DNA from: Stylophora pistillata
Lineage: Eukaryota
Length of the DNA stretch: 64,000 nt
Assembly (NCBI RefSeq): GCF_002571385.2
Contig: NW_019217843.1
Location: 664,796-728,795 of the forward strand
Direction: 5' to 3'
The position numbers were made by a program, and so were the translations under genes. Under the pieces are notes generated by a model. It did not search any database. It had not been told where the DNA came from and saw only the letters and a list, made by a program, of their open reading frames with translations. This document shows, one piece after another, positions 63,689 through 64,000 of the stretch (position 1 is its first letter; each line of letters opens with the position of its first letter).

Positions 63689-64000
63689 TGGGTTTGGGGG
63701 TGGAGTCGAAGTGATGGCGGCCGGCGCGGCGGGGTGAATTCAAATTTGTAAACATTCTGAATAACACTTGTTTTTGATCATAGCTCTTAATCTGTACTAT
63801 GTTCAACTGAGTATATTTTAGTAAAAAAAAATTAAATGAGAAGTACTGTATTTCCTTCAACTTACTTTATCCTCGCACACTGAAAAACAGGAAGCATAAA
63901 AAGAATAACCGGCCCATGGTTCCCGCGGCTGGGAAGAGGGCAAAGCTTTTTTTTAATTTTCATAACTGTTTTATGTCTGTTTTGTAATGCTTGATTTGTT

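Overview
This is AT-rich, intron-containing eukaryotic DNA. Gene content and repeat families point to a cnidarian, probably a scleractinian coral; that is inferred, not database-confirmed. Six spliced protein-coding genes could be rebuilt by hand with consistent intron phases: (1) a secreted C-type lectin + PAN/apple protein (+, 1278-4707, ~250 aa); (2) an MMP21-like matrix metalloproteinase (-, 7436-13877, ~480 aa); (3) KANSL3/NSL3 (-, 26593-36857, ~1105 aa); (4) a type II pantothenate kinase, head-to-head with KANSL3 (+, 37728-44119, ~373 aa); (5) NT5DC1 (-, 45274-56316, ~463 aa); (6) TMEM127 (-, 59633-63493, ~240 aa). Introns and spacers carry two Penelope-like fragments, CR1/L2 LINE fragments, tRNA-derived SINEs, a deleted hAT element with a 5-bp TSD, Kolobok-like and other MITEs, microsatellites and one assembly gap. 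Main observations: the MMP has an intact active site but no cysteine switch, and has a GC-AG intron. KANSL3 keeps a GxSxG nucleophile serine and has a ~650-aa low-complexity tail. Three Penelope-type minimal hammerhead motifs all lie sense to their host pre-mRNAs. A LINE ORF has a signal-like leader and a degenerate 2A-like motif. A ~410-bp palindrome fills the KANSL3/PANK bidirectional promoter. KANSL3 and TMEM127 are linked here as they are at human 2q11.2. No prokaryotic-type system (CRISPR, operon) is present.
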